NCBI GenBank assembly: GCA_041946805.1
Contig: JBHGBC010000068.1
Span: forward strand, 1 to 29,017
Direction of reading: 5' to 3'
From: a bacterium
GTDB lineage: Bacteria > Hinthialibacterota > Hinthialibacteria > Hinthialibacterales > Hinthialibacteraceae
DNA length: 29,017 bases
Of this stretch, positions 9,325 through 18,417 are shown in pieces (positions within the stretch are counted from its first letter, which is position 1; each line of letters starts with the position of its first letter). A program made the position numbers and the translations under genes. The notes beneath the pieces are model-generated. The model saw nothing but the letters and a program-made list of their open reading frames with translations, did no database searches and was not told where the DNA came from.

Positions 9325-10704
9325 ATGGCCGATCCAACCGTTGCCTTGTCGTACTACCGCAAAGGGGCCGAACTCTACCGCGCCGGCTATTACGGTGAAG
9401 CGTTAACCACCCTGAAAAAAGTCCTCCTGTTGGATCCCGATTTTCCGGACGTGTATTTCCTGATCGCCCGCATCTACACCGAAATGAACCGGATGGCGGA
9501 CGCGATTTCCATGTTCGAAAAGGTGGTTTCCTTTCTCCCTAACGACCAGGAAGTGCGGTGGGCTTACGGGCGGGCGTTGCAACAGGCGGGCGAGGGGAAG
9601 AAAGCCGTCCAGGTGTGGCAAAAGGCCCTGAAACTCAATCCCCACGATACCCGGGTGCGGACCGACCTGATCCGTTATTACCTCCGCGTGGATCAGCCGC
9701 GCAAGGCGCTGGCCCTGGCGAAGGCTGGCATGGCCGTGGAGCCCGGCCATGCCCCGTTCTACGCGCTGGCCGGCGATATCCTGCGGCGTCGGAAAAAATA
9801 CCTGAAAGCCAAGATCTACTACGAGGAATGCCTGGAAGCCGATCCCGAGTCGGAGATGGGGAAACGGGGATTCAACCAAGTCATGCGCGCCCTGGAGGGG
9901 GAAAATCCGGACGCCGGGGAGCCCGGTCCCGAGGAAGAAGCCCGGATAGCGATGCGCGAGGCGGCGGGACTGTACGCGGCGGGACGATACGATCAAGCCA
10001 TCATCCATTTACTGGATTTGAAAGAGATCCCCGCGGTGGCGCGGGAGGCATCTCTCCTGCTGGGGATGGCGTTCACCCGCAAAGGCCTCTATAAGCGCGC
10101 CCAGGATGCGTTGTTGGCGTTCACGCGGGAGCACGCGCCGGATATCCTGGCGTGGTACAACCTGGGTCTGGCGTGCAACCGGACCGGGCAGTACGAGGAG
10201 GCGGTGGAATACTTCGCCCAGGCGTTGGCCCTCGACAACGAGTTCGAGGAAGGGCTGGTGGAAATGGGATATGCCTGTCAAATGGCCGGAGCCAATGCGG
10301 ATGCCCTGGATTTTTACACCCGCGCGTTGAAGATTCGCCGGAACCAGGGACGTCCGTACGCCCACCTGGCGCGGATGGTATACGACCAGGGCGAGAACGC
10401 CAAGGCGGCGGCGCTGATCAAACAGGCGCGGGCGGTGGATCCGGACTGTCCGGAGATCGCGGTCTTTTTCGGCTACAAAGCCCTGGTGGAAGGGCAATTT
10501 CAGGCCGCGGCCCAGCACCTGCAAGAGTGCCTCAACCGGATTCCGGACCATTTCGAGGCGCTGAAGCTTCTGGGCCGCGCCAAACTTGAGTTTCACGACC
10601 TGGCGGGAGGGCTGGCCTGCTACCAGGCGGCCGCCTTGTTGAACCCTTCCGACGGGGAATGCCGGCAAGTGCTGCGCGAATTGGAAATCGGCAGGGAAGC
10701 ATGA
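9325..10704 (+). CDS. Tetratricopeptide repeat protein
   Basis: Many TPR units, e.g. AWYNLGLACNRTGQYEEAVEYFAQALALDN and EALTTLKKVLLLDPDF. Confidence 0.92.
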   Translation: MADPTVALSYYRKGAELYRAGYYGEALTTLKKVLLLDPDFPDVYFLIARIYTEMNRMADAISMFEKVVSFLPNDQEVRWAYGRALQQAGEGKKAVQVWQKALKLNPHDTRVRTDLIRYYLRVDQPRKALALAKAGMAVEPGHAPFYALAGDILRRRKKYLKAKIYYEECLEADPESEMGKRGFNQVMRALEGENPDAGEPGPEEEARIAMREAAGLYAAGRYDQAIIHLLDLKEIPAVAREASLLLGMAFTRKGLYKRAQDALLAFTREHAPDILAWYNLGLACNRTGQYEEAVEYFAQALALDNEFEEGLVEMGYACQMAGANADALDFYTRALKIRRNQGRPYAHLARMVYDQGENAKAAALIKQARAVDPDCPEIAVFFGYKALVEGQFQAAAQHLQECLNRIPDHFEALKLLGRAKLEFHDLAGGLACYQAAALLNPSDGECRQVLRELEIGREA

Positions 10705-11315
10705 ACGCACAAATGACACCGGAATTTTTTCTAATGCTGGCGATCGGCCTGGGTCTGCTGGCCTTCGGATGGGTGCTGGTCCGGTTCGGCATCCAGGCAG
10801 CCGGTTTCGGGCTGGGTTTTCTGTTTGGCTTCAACCTGTACACGGCGCTGCTGGATCTCGTCCCGCGCGTCGATCCGAAGTACGCGCGCCTGTTTCCCGA
10901 CAATCCCTACACGGCGCTCTTCGTGGGAGCGGTGATGGGGATCTGCGCCCTGTTGCTCTCCAAGAAACTGTTCCAGGTGCTGATCTTCGTGGGTTCGCTT
11001 TCCGGAATTCTATACGTCTTGTATTTCGACGAACAGCAACGGGCCTTGTTGGACCGCTTTTTGACCTGGGCGGGTGTGCTCGAACCGCTCAACCGCACGG
11101 TGGGCAACCTGTGGCCCGCGGCGGCGGCCATTCTGCTCGCCCTGCTGGTGTTGTACCTGCAGAAGCGGATCTTGATGATCATCACCGCCTGCGTGGGCAG
11201 CTACATCATTTCCGACACCCTCCGCATCCCCATCCTCTTTTTGCCCCTGTGCTTCATCGGCATTCTTCTCCAGCAGGCCAAGCGCCGCCCCAAACGGAAG
11301 GAAGCCGAAGGATAG
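10701..11315 (+). CDS. Multi-pass membrane protein (DUF4203/TMEM198-like)
   Basis: About 6-7 hydrophobic segments with GFGLGFLFG and TACVGSY. ATGA overlap with the TPR gene stop supports the start at 10701. Confidence 0.75.
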   Translation: MNAQMTPEFFLMLAIGLGLLAFGWVLVRFGIQAAGFGLGFLFGFNLYTALLDLVPRVDPKYARLFPDNPYTALFVGAVMGICALLLSKKLFQVLIFVGSLSGILYVLYFDEQQRALLDRFLTWAGVLEPLNRTVGNLWPAAAAILLALLVLYLQKRILMIITACVGSYIISDTLRIPILFLPLCFIGILLQQAKRRPKRKEAEG

Positions 11316-11372
11316 TAACTCGGTTTTCAAGCGCTGTTGGCGTTCTCCAATATATGTTGCGTTTGAGTTGAG

Positions 11373-11551
11373 GTATCCATTTACGCGATTGCACAGATAT
11401 AGAGGATGAATTACACGGTTTCCCTCATCCTAGCCCTCTCCCAGAGGAAGAGGGAATAAATTTGCAGTTTTCGAAGATGAATGCTTTAACGGAAGGCCAG
11501 TGACTGCCAGGGTATTAAAACCAGGCACTGCCTGGAAGATGAAACAGTTCC
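11373..11551. mobile_element. Degenerate copy of MITE family 1
   Basis: Left-end-like GTATCCATTTACGCGATTGCA, internal CCCTCATCCTAGCCCTCTCCCAGAGGAAGAGGGA (11422-11455), right-end-like GATGAAACAGTTCC. Boundaries are uncertain. Confidence 0.4.
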
Positions 11552-11881
11552 ATGTCAGAATTTGAAGATTACTCATTCATCGCTGAAGCGCTGGATGGAA
11601 TGAAGGACCTTGTCCCCGAATACCCCAATGGCGCGCTGGTCGTGGGAACCGGATATAACGGCCTTGACCATGAACTCGACATTGGAAAGTACGCGCCGGA
11701 CGACTCCGCGGTCCTGGAACGGCTTGAGATTCTCCGGAAACAAAAACTCCATCCGGCCGTGATCGCTTTTCGCCATCGCTTCGTGCTTTATGGTTACAAA
11801 AGGAATCCGTATGCTCTGTATGTTTGGCGAGAGAACAAAAAGCGGTTCATCCACTTGAACATGAAGGAATTCTACGATTGA
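11552..11881 (+). CDS. Hypothetical protein
   Basis: 109-aa ATG ORF, lower GC than the backbone, followed 13 nt later by a co-oriented ORF. Confidence 0.55.
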   Translation: MSEFEDYSFIAEALDGMKDLVPEYPNGALVVGTGYNGLDHELDIGKYAPDDSAVLERLEILRKQKLHPAVIAFRHRFVLYGYKRNPYALYVWRENKKRFIHLNMKEFYD

Positions 11882-11894
11882 AGGGAAAACTGAC

Positions 11895-12356
11895 TTGAGC
11901 GGCAAGAAAAAGCGCAAACAATCCAATCCCCAACCCGGGAAATCCTTCGGCGGGCCGAAGGTCTCCGCAATGATCATCGAAATGGGTGGAGATTACATTG
12001 GCAGCGGAAAAACCTTGAAAGACCGGCAAAATGCGATGAGTCATGTGGCATTCGCCTGGAATCTCGCGCTTCTCACCAAGGAAAAAAGAGAAATGAAATT
12101 CCTTCTAATCAAGAATTTATATATGAATTCCAATACCGCGATGACCGAAGTGGATTTCCAACATCTCAAAACGGTCTTGGAAAAACTGGTGTCCAGGAAA
12201 TTGAAACTTTTCCCTGATATCCGCAGGGTGATCTTCAACGCGGAATTGCACGTGATCGATGGCAAAGAGCATATCACGGTACTATCCACCGAAGAGGAGG
12301 TTTTGAAGGCCTCCCGCCGCCAGCCGGATCCTAGCCTCCTGGGCTTGAAGTTGTAG
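11895..12356 (+). CDS. Hypothetical protein
   Basis: 153-aa ORF with protein-like segments (KVSAMII...AFAWNLALL...LVSRKLKLFPDIRRVI). TTG start with a purine-rich RBS. Confidence 0.65.
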   Translation: MSGKKKRKQSNPQPGKSFGGPKVSAMIIEMGGDYIGSGKTLKDRQNAMSHVAFAWNLALLTKEKREMKFLLIKNLYMNSNTAMTEVDFQHLKTVLEKLVSRKLKLFPDIRRVIFNAELHVIDGKEHITVLSTEEEVLKASRRQPDPSLLGLKL

Positions 12357-12453
12357 GATGGGCTCAAAGCGCAGTATAGCCCACGAATATGACCAGAGTT
12401 CCCTTCAGGGGACGGCTTTATAGCAGACTGGTGGATCAACCCTGGCCCGTGGC

Positions 12454-12480
12454 CTGGCTCCCCGCTTTCACGGGGATGAC
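12454..12480. repeat. dRS3/REP-like short palindrome
   Basis: CTGGCTCCCCGCTTTCACGGGGATGAC, hairpin TCCCCG-CTTTCA-CGGGGA, resembling the ATTCCC-N8-GGGAAT class of repeats. Confidence 0.55.
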
Positions 12481-12497
12481 ATCTTTATAAATTGAGG

Positions 12498-12685
12498 GTA
12501 ACTTTTTCTCAATTGCAGAGAAAGGGTGAATTCCGCCCTTTCAGGGCTTCCCTCACCCGAACCCTCTCCCAGAAGGAGCGGGAATTCAAGGCCATGGCTG
12601 TGACCCTCCCAGGGCCAAAGCCCTGGGCTAGTTTAAACGCTCCGTTGGCGCTCAAAAACTCTTCTGCAAAACAGTAACGAGTTGA
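12498..12685. mobile_element. MITE family 1 copy (~188 bp)
   Basis: Collinear with 25633-25822 and 21479-21670: GTAACT...TTGCAG left end, CCCTCACCC..CCCTCTCCC motif, CCCAGGGC/GCCCTGGG hairpin, CCGTTGGCGCTCAAAA, CTGCAAA..AGTT right end. No target duplication retained. Confidence 0.75.
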
Positions 12686-12693
12686 GTAGTGGC

Positions 12694-14208
12694 ATGCATA
12701 GAATGATACCCCCCTCCCCTCCTTTCCAAAGTACTTCACTCTCACTTGCCTGGAATGCCTTGATTCTGTTTCTAACCCTGAGTTTTCCATTCTGCGTTAC
12801 GGCTGAGACCACCATCCGCGAGGAGCATTTCGACCGCGAACCGCCAAATTGGGAAGGAATCAACAACCGCGGGACGCATTTCGAACCCAAAACCGTCACC
12901 CAGGATTTCGGGTACAGCGCCGCGACCCATTTCGCGGGCGGGCAGCCGGGTGAAATCGGCGGCCTTCTCAATCCGGCGGGCGAAGCGGCATTTTACGGCT
13001 ATCGGCTGCCGGCTCCGCTCGACTGGAACCACCCGCTCAGCGCCTCAGGCCGGATCCATGTCGCCACCGGGGCGAATCACTTTCTGCTGGGCTTCTTCAA
13101 CGAAAACACCTTGAATGAATGGCGCACGCCGAACACGCTGGTGGCGCGGATCAACGGCCGCGGCGATGTCTTTCACTGCCATATCGAATACGCTTCCGCC
13201 CGCTGGCGCGCCAATGCGGGGTTGATCGGCGAGATCGCGCCGGGCGAAAGGATCCGCCCCAAGGAAATCCCCGGCGGCCGGCCCTACAGTTGGCGGCTTC
13301 AATATGATCCCCAAGGCGCGGAAAGCGGCGGAAAACTTACATTCACCCTGAATGGCGAAACGGCGGTTTGCGAGATCTCGAAGGATCACCGCGACGACGG
13401 GGCTGTCTTCACCCATTTCGGCTTGCTGCCGATTCCCAAAACCTGGGACAGTCCCGGACAGGCCTGGATCGATGACGTGAACATCAACGGGGAGAAATTC
13501 GACTTTGCGGATGATCCCCATTGGGACCAGAAAAACAACCGGATTACATACATAACCAAGGACACCCGCCCGCGGTTTGATTTCGGCTGGAGCCCAACCC
13601 ATTGGGCCGGCGGCCGCGCGCCGGGCGAACTGGGCGGGCTGATTTTTCGCGGGGACTGCCGCGAGCTGGCCCGCCTGGCGGCCTATGGAGACCGCATCGG
13701 AAGGCTGACGCTGGACACTCCGCTCCTCGCCCGGGGAAAAGTGTGCATGATCCGCGGGATTTCGGACAGCACGGCGTCGATCGGTTTTTACAATTCCACC
13801 TGGAGTTTGCGTTCCAATCCGGCGCAGAACCAATCGATTCCCATGGACTATGTGGGCATTAACATCGAAGGGCCGTCGAGCGACGGGTTTTACTTTTATC
13901 CGGTCTATCGCGTTCATGGAGAAATTTCCGGCTACCTGGGCGGTGGATCCAATCCCGCGCCGCGGATCTATCCGGACCGCCGGGTTCACGATTGGTCTCT
14001 GCGGTACGATCCCGCCGGCGCCGGCGGCCGCGGGCGGATCACGGTCACCCTGGATGATCAAACCGGCGTGTTGGACCTTGGCCTGGACGCCCGCCCCACC
14101 GGAGCAACGTTCGACCGCTTCGGCCTGTGCACCCCCTGGATCGACGGCAACAGCGTGACGGTCTATTTCGATGATTTGGAGTACACGGCGGGGGAGGGGG
14201 GAGGGTGA
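12694..14208 (+). CDS. Secreted hypothetical protein made of two homologous beta-rich halves
   Basis: Hydrophobic N-terminal segment ending VTA-E. Internal duplication: DFGYSAATHFAGGQPGEIGG vs DFGWSPTHWAGGRAPGELGG; WRLQYDPQGA vs WSLRYDPAGA; GAVFTHFGL vs GATFDRFGL. The track's TTG at 12682 lies inside the MITE end, so the start is uncertain (12694 or 12703). Confidence 0.8.
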   Translation: MHRMIPPSPPFQSTSLSLAWNALILFLTLSFPFCVTAETTIREEHFDREPPNWEGINNRGTHFEPKTVTQDFGYSAATHFAGGQPGEIGGLLNPAGEAAFYGYRLPAPLDWNHPLSASGRIHVATGANHFLLGFFNENTLNEWRTPNTLVARINGRGDVFHCHIEYASARWRANAGLIGEIAPGERIRPKEIPGGRPYSWRLQYDPQGAESGGKLTFTLNGETAVCEISKDHRDDGAVFTHFGLLPIPKTWDSPGQAWIDDVNINGEKFDFADDPHWDQKNNRITYITKDTRPRFDFGWSPTHWAGGRAPGELGGLIFRGDCRELARLAAYGDRIGRLTLDTPLLARGKVCMIRGISDSTASIGFYNSTWSLRSNPAQNQSIPMDYVGINIEGPSSDGFYFYPVYRVHGEISGYLGGGSNPAPRIYPDRRVHDWSLRYDPAGAGGRGRITVTLDDQTGVLDLGLDARPTGATFDRFGLCTPWIDGNSVTVYFDDLEYTAGEGGG

Positions 14209-14241
14209 TCTGATTCGGCGTAATTATTTTGCAAAGCGATA

Positions 14242-16266
14242 TCACATCAATCCCATTTCGTGCAAATAAGGGGAAGGGCTGGTATTGTATCCGAGAATAT
14301 TATTGACGACTATAAATAGTATTTTTTTCTTTGTTCTCGTTAATGCGACATACATCAATCGTCTTTCTTGTTCTAACTCTTCCCTCGTCTCCGCATATTT
14401 AATAGGCCATATGCCATTATTTACATCAAGCACAATAACATTTTCAAATTCTTTTCCCTTGGCTCTGTAAGCCGTCATTAAATGGACGTGAGCTTCGATC
14501 TCCTGATCAATAACATCATCACCTTGATTGAGTGATTCGTGCACTTTTGCAATTGTTTTTTGTATGTGTTTGATGAATTCCATAAAATTATCATCATATT
14601 TCCTGGCATATTCCGCCAAATACATGAATGGAGGATCTTTGTAAAATATGTCATCTTCTGACCGAACATAATTCTGTTGAAGACCTTTCATATTTGTACT
14701 CATTAAATCTATTGCTTGTGTTACCGTTACAGCACTGAGTAAGTTTCCAACTCCAAAAGATAATTCATCCCGTAAATTATGAGGAATTCCATGACATTCC
14801 ATTAATACTCGTACTGCTTCATTGGTATTTTTAGGCATTGTTTGGTATAAAGCGTTTTTTATTGCGGATCTATCTTGGGAATTCAAAGGGAAAGGTCTTA
14901 CATAATTACAGCAAGTCACAAAATTATTGATTACATCATTTGGATGACGATCAATATCTTTTGTTGCAATCATCACAAGTATATCTTTCATTCCTTCATA
15001 TGCTTGGCTTAATAAGATATTTAAATCCTCTTTTGCATAAAAAAATATATCATTTGAAATTAACGTGATTTGGGTGGGTATAAGTTGACTTTTTTTTCTT
15101 GAAATGATACCCAATTCTTTGGGATTGGTCGAATTAGACGCATGATTCAATATTAAATTCAACGCATCGAGGTGGGTCGGGAAATTAATAATTTTTACCT
15201 CAGCCTCGCCCTGCACTGTCGGGATAATCGTTTTAGTGATTCGATAAGTGTTGTGATTGATCAATCTCATTGAAAGTTCGACAATATTTTTAGGGTATCT
15301 ATAATTCTTCTCAAGTATGAATGTCTTGAAATTTTCATCAAAATACAATTCAGGCTCCACAATGAATCGAGGAGTTGCCCCTCTCCATTCAAAAATGGCT
15401 TGATCATCATCTCCGACAATAGAAAGATCACGTTTGTGTAGTTCACATATCTTTTTTATAAGAAACAAATCAAGAGGATTTATATCTTGAAACTCATCTA
15501 TGAAAACCGTATGATAGCGATTCGGTTCTGGAATACATCGATTTTCATATTTTCTCTCCAATTGAATCAAGCACCAATATTTTTGATCTTCAAAAGTGAT
15601 TATATTAGACAAGAACAAGTGATCCGTGCACTTTTTCCAAAATTTGGAAAAATTTATTAAATTTTTGGCAACTTCATCGATTGATTGACCTAATAATTTC
15701 AAGGTGCATAGAGGTTCGAATATATTTTTTTTAAAAAATCTTTCAAGATCACTGTTTCCTATCCACTCTAAATGTTCAGGAATACTATCAAGCATATCAT
15801 GTCGAAATCCCAAGGTTTTTAGAATATCGAAAATCGACAAAATATCTTTATAAGCATATTTTTTGTTCTCAAATATTTTTGTCAATCTTTTGCTTTTTGC
15901 CCAAATTGGCCTCAAAATATTATTGAAAAGAAAGTACCTTTCATTATCGGAATCAAGTAAGCGCAATCTACCATTCACATTTCTCCTCAAATATTGATAC
16001 CCCCAGCTATTTAGAGTTTCAATCATGCAACGATTTCTCAATATTCCAAAACAATCGTTCGACTCAATCCTTGACTTTAATTCGTCTCTGGCAGCTCTCG
16101 TAAAAGTGATAATAAGAAATTTTGCATTACTCATTTCCGGTTCGCTTAGTATAGCTGCACATTTGTGCAAAATACATATGGTTTTTCCTGTTCCCGCAGG
16201 AGCCAACAGCCGAGTGAAACGTTCCCTTGAATTAATATAGGCTAGTTGAGAAGAGTCCAGAAGCAT
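14242..16266 (-). CDS. UvrD/Rep-family SF1A helicase, AT-rich and orphan
   Basis: APAGTGKT, ITFTRAA, IDEFQD, VGDDDQAIFEWRGA, LEKNYR, MTAYRAKGKEF, ERRLMYVALTR. Confidence 0.93.
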   Translation of the reverse strand: MLLDSSQLAYINSRERFTRLLAPAGTGKTICILHKCAAILSEPEMSNAKFLIITFTRAARDELKSRIESNDCFGILRNRCMIETLNSWGYQYLRRNVNGRLRLLDSDNERYFLFNNILRPIWAKSKRLTKIFENKKYAYKDILSIFDILKTLGFRHDMLDSIPEHLEWIGNSDLERFFKKNIFEPLCTLKLLGQSIDEVAKNLINFSKFWKKCTDHLFLSNIITFEDQKYWCLIQLERKYENRCIPEPNRYHTVFIDEFQDINPLDLFLIKKICELHKRDLSIVGDDDQAIFEWRGATPRFIVEPELYFDENFKTFILEKNYRYPKNIVELSMRLINHNTYRITKTIIPTVQGEAEVKIINFPTHLDALNLILNHASNSTNPKELGIISRKKSQLIPTQITLISNDIFFYAKEDLNILLSQAYEGMKDILVMIATKDIDRHPNDVINNFVTCCNYVRPFPLNSQDRSAIKNALYQTMPKNTNEAVRVLMECHGIPHNLRDELSFGVGNLLSAVTVTQAIDLMSTNMKGLQQNYVRSEDDIFYKDPPFMYLAEYARKYDDNFMEFIKHIQKTIAKVHESLNQGDDVIDQEIEAHVHLMTAYRAKGKEFENVIVLDVNNGIWPIKYAETREELEQERRLMYVALTRTKKKILFIVVNNILGYNTSPSPYLHEMGLM

Positions 16267-16385
16267 GATCTTTCTCGAAATTCATATTAAAATAATATAA
16301 TGGAAAACCCCAAAGGACTAAATAAAAATTTCATTATCTAGAACTATATGATACAATTAATTATTTTTCAACAATCATTCCCCCC

Positions 16386-16964
16386 TCACGGCCCGAACCG
16401 GTAGATATCCCCGTAGCTGTTCAGCCCGTTGCTGGCGTTGTAAAGGATGAATCCCGCCGCGCCGGGATGGCCGATGGATTCCACATACGATCCCTCCACC
16501 CCCTGCAGGTTGTCCGGCCCCAGGGAGTTCAGGCAATACTTGAACGGTCCGGGCAAAACGGTGCCCTGGTACGTGGGGCCCACCATGAACCAGGCGACCG
16601 CCTGATCATGGGGATCGAAGTACCCGTAGCGGGGCTTCCAGTATCCATCCGCGTCCTTCTCCTGCCGGCGGCGGAACGGATCCCAGATGCTGTCCGCGGA
16701 GGAAATATACGCCACGGGGGTGGACAACGCGTTCAGGTAGCTGGGATTGGTATAGCCTCCCCAGTCCGAGTACGGCATGTAGTCGTTGTTGTCCATGCGG
16801 TACTGCTCGATGGCCGTGGCCAGGTTCCGGAAATCCGCCTCCACTTTGGCGATTTTGGCCCGGGTCTGCGCGTTCAGAAAGTTCGGCACGGCGATCGCCG
16901 CCAGGACGCCGATGATCGCCACCACGATCAGCAATTCGATTAAGGTGAATCCGCTCCGTTGCAT
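16386..16964 (-). CDS. Prepilin-type N-terminal cleavage/methylation protein (GspG/pseudopilin-like)
   Basis: Class III signal SG|FTLIELLIVVAIIGVLAAIAVPNF with Glu5, helix ending AIEQYRMD, C-terminal SLGPD. AGGAG RBS. Confidence 0.92.
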   Translation of the reverse strand: MQRSGFTLIELLIVVAIIGVLAAIAVPNFLNAQTRAKIAKVEADFRNLATAIEQYRMDNNDYMPYSDWGGYTNPSYLNALSTPVAYISSADSIWDPFRRRQEKDADGYWKPRYGYFDPHDQAVAWFMVGPTYQGTVLPGPFKYCLNSLGPDNLQGVEGSYVESIGHPGAAGFILYNASNGLNSYGDIYRFGP

Positions 16965-17135
16965 GGCTGGCTCCTATATAAACTAATTGTAACCATTACC
17001 GGTACACGAAACTTTTTTACATGCGCCAATGGCGCGCGCGAAGCCAGCCTGGGCATCACCATGAAAACATGAAATACAACGATGCCATGCCCGGTATTGG
17101 CAATCCATTTTACCTTCAATGCAAAATAAGTTACA

Positions 17136-17173
17136 ATTCCTTCCCCTCTCCCGGGCGAGAGAGGGGAAGGAAT
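17136..17173. repeat. 15-bp perfect stem-loop (CCCTCTC-type REP-like; possible terminator of the minus-strand gene ending at 17206)
   Basis: ATTCCTTCCCCTCTC-CCGGGCGA-GAGAGGGGAAGGAAT, 32 nt past the stop at 17206. Confidence 0.65.
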
Positions 17174-17205
17174 GGCTTGGCGACACTAAAAATCGCCAGG
17201 AAGAA

Positions 17206-17235
17206 TCACCACAACTCCCAATCCGGCACCGCGGA
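17206..17235 (-). other. Candidate C-terminal sorting motif SAVPDWELW
   Basis: Shared with two other secreted proteins in the window. Confidence 0.55.
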
Positions 17236-18363
17236 GCCCTTGGGGCGGGAGAGGCGGATGTTGTCCAGGTACGCCGGCACGCCGTCCAGGGAATCGCCAC
17301 CCTGCGAAGTCAGCGTGAGGGTGATGGTCCCGTTGGGGTCGTCGTACACACCGGCGATTTCCGGCAGCAGCCAGTCGCGGGTGTAGCCCTCGTCGTTCAA
17401 CGGCCCGTACTGCCCGGAGAATTCCCCCCAGGCGCCCACCGCGTTGCCGCCTCCCATGATCGTTTCATCCAGCGTGGTCCAGCCGGTTCCCCGGCCGTTG
17501 CCGTTCGCGTCGGTCCAGGACACCCGCAGCACCGAGGATACCCCGCCCCAATCGGAAGGTCCGTCCACGAACAAGTCGAAATGGATGCGGTCGTAGTTCC
17601 GGAATTCGGGAAAATCCCGCAGGTTGATGGTGATGTTCTCGTTCCAGCCCGCGGTCCAAACGAATTGCAGGAATCCGGCGCCCTCGGTGGGCGCGGGATT
17701 GCCGGAGAGGTTGACTTCGGCGCTGGTCCCGCCGCCGGCCAGGGTGACCAGATCCGCGTCCGCCGCGCGGTTGAAGCCGATCAGCGGCAGGTATTCGCGC
17801 TCGACGGGAACGCGTTTGCGCAGCCGCATGTCGTCGAAGTAGATGGTGCCTTCAAACGTGGCGGGGACCTCCACTCCCTCGATCGTGCTCGCGTCGGGAT
17901 TGATCCACATGCGCAGGGAGTTGACATTGGCCAGCAGGTCGGCCCACAGTTTGCCCTGCTCTTCCGTGTACCAGAAGACCATTTCTTTCCACTTCCCGAC
18001 GTCACTGGGGCCATAGTCGCGGAAGCCCAGTACCACTTCCACACCCAGGTCCACGCGCAGCCGGAAGATCTGGTCGGAATAAACCCACAGCCGGAACTGG
18101 TCGGTCCCCGTGGCGTCGAGTCCTTCGGGGAACACCACGCGGGCGTCGGTCCATCCCGCGTCCTGGAGGGCTTCCACTTTTACCGCGTACTCCCCGCCAT
18201 GGACGGGCTCGCCCGGGACCGTGTAATCGGCCATTTGGGCCCAGCCGCTCCAGGTACCGATTTCGATCTCGAAATCGTTGAAAAGGATGTATTCCTGGCT
18301 CTCCACGGATGCCGTGACCGCGGCCGACATGATGAGAATCCCGATGATGCGTTTGTAATTCAC
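17206..18363 (-). CDS. Secreted protein with two tandem carbohydrate-binding-module-like jelly-roll domains and a W-x-x-W tail
   Basis: GAGGAGG RBS before GTG 18363, signal peptide (NYKRIIGILIMSAAVTASVES). Two repeats ending GTIYFDDMRL and PAYLDNIRL. Ends SAVPDWELW. Confidence 0.8.
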   Translation of the reverse strand: MNYKRIIGILIMSAAVTASVESQEYILFNDFEIEIGTWSGWAQMADYTVPGEPVHGGEYAVKVEALQDAGWTDARVVFPEGLDATGTDQFRLWVYSDQIFRLRVDLGVEVVLGFRDYGPSDVGKWKEMVFWYTEEQGKLWADLLANVNSLRMWINPDASTIEGVEVPATFEGTIYFDDMRLRKRVPVEREYLPLIGFNRAADADLVTLAGGGTSAEVNLSGNPAPTEGAGFLQFVWTAGWNENITINLRDFPEFRNYDRIHFDLFVDGPSDWGGVSSVLRVSWTDANGNGRGTGWTTLDETIMGGGNAVGAWGEFSGQYGPLNDEGYTRDWLLPEIAGVYDDPNGTITLTLTSQGGDSLDGVPAYLDNIRLSRPKGSAVPDWELW

Positions 18364-18381
18364 GTCCCTGTCCTCCTCAAT

Positions 18382-18417
18382 TCCCATGGTTCACGCGTCT
18401 CCCATGGTTCACGCGTC
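18382..18417. repeat. Perfect 18-bp tandem duplication
   Basis: TCCCATGGTTCACGCGTC x2, just upstream of the RBS of the 18363 gene. Confidence 0.9.

Noticed and set aside
9176..9330. tRNA-Val as an integration site for a genomic island
   Set aside because: No integrase and no duplicated tRNA 3' end in the window; the lower-GC module lies on the 5' side of the tRNA.
14242..16266. Complete Gabija system
   Set aside because: No OLD-family ATPase/TOPRIM nuclease gene adjacent.
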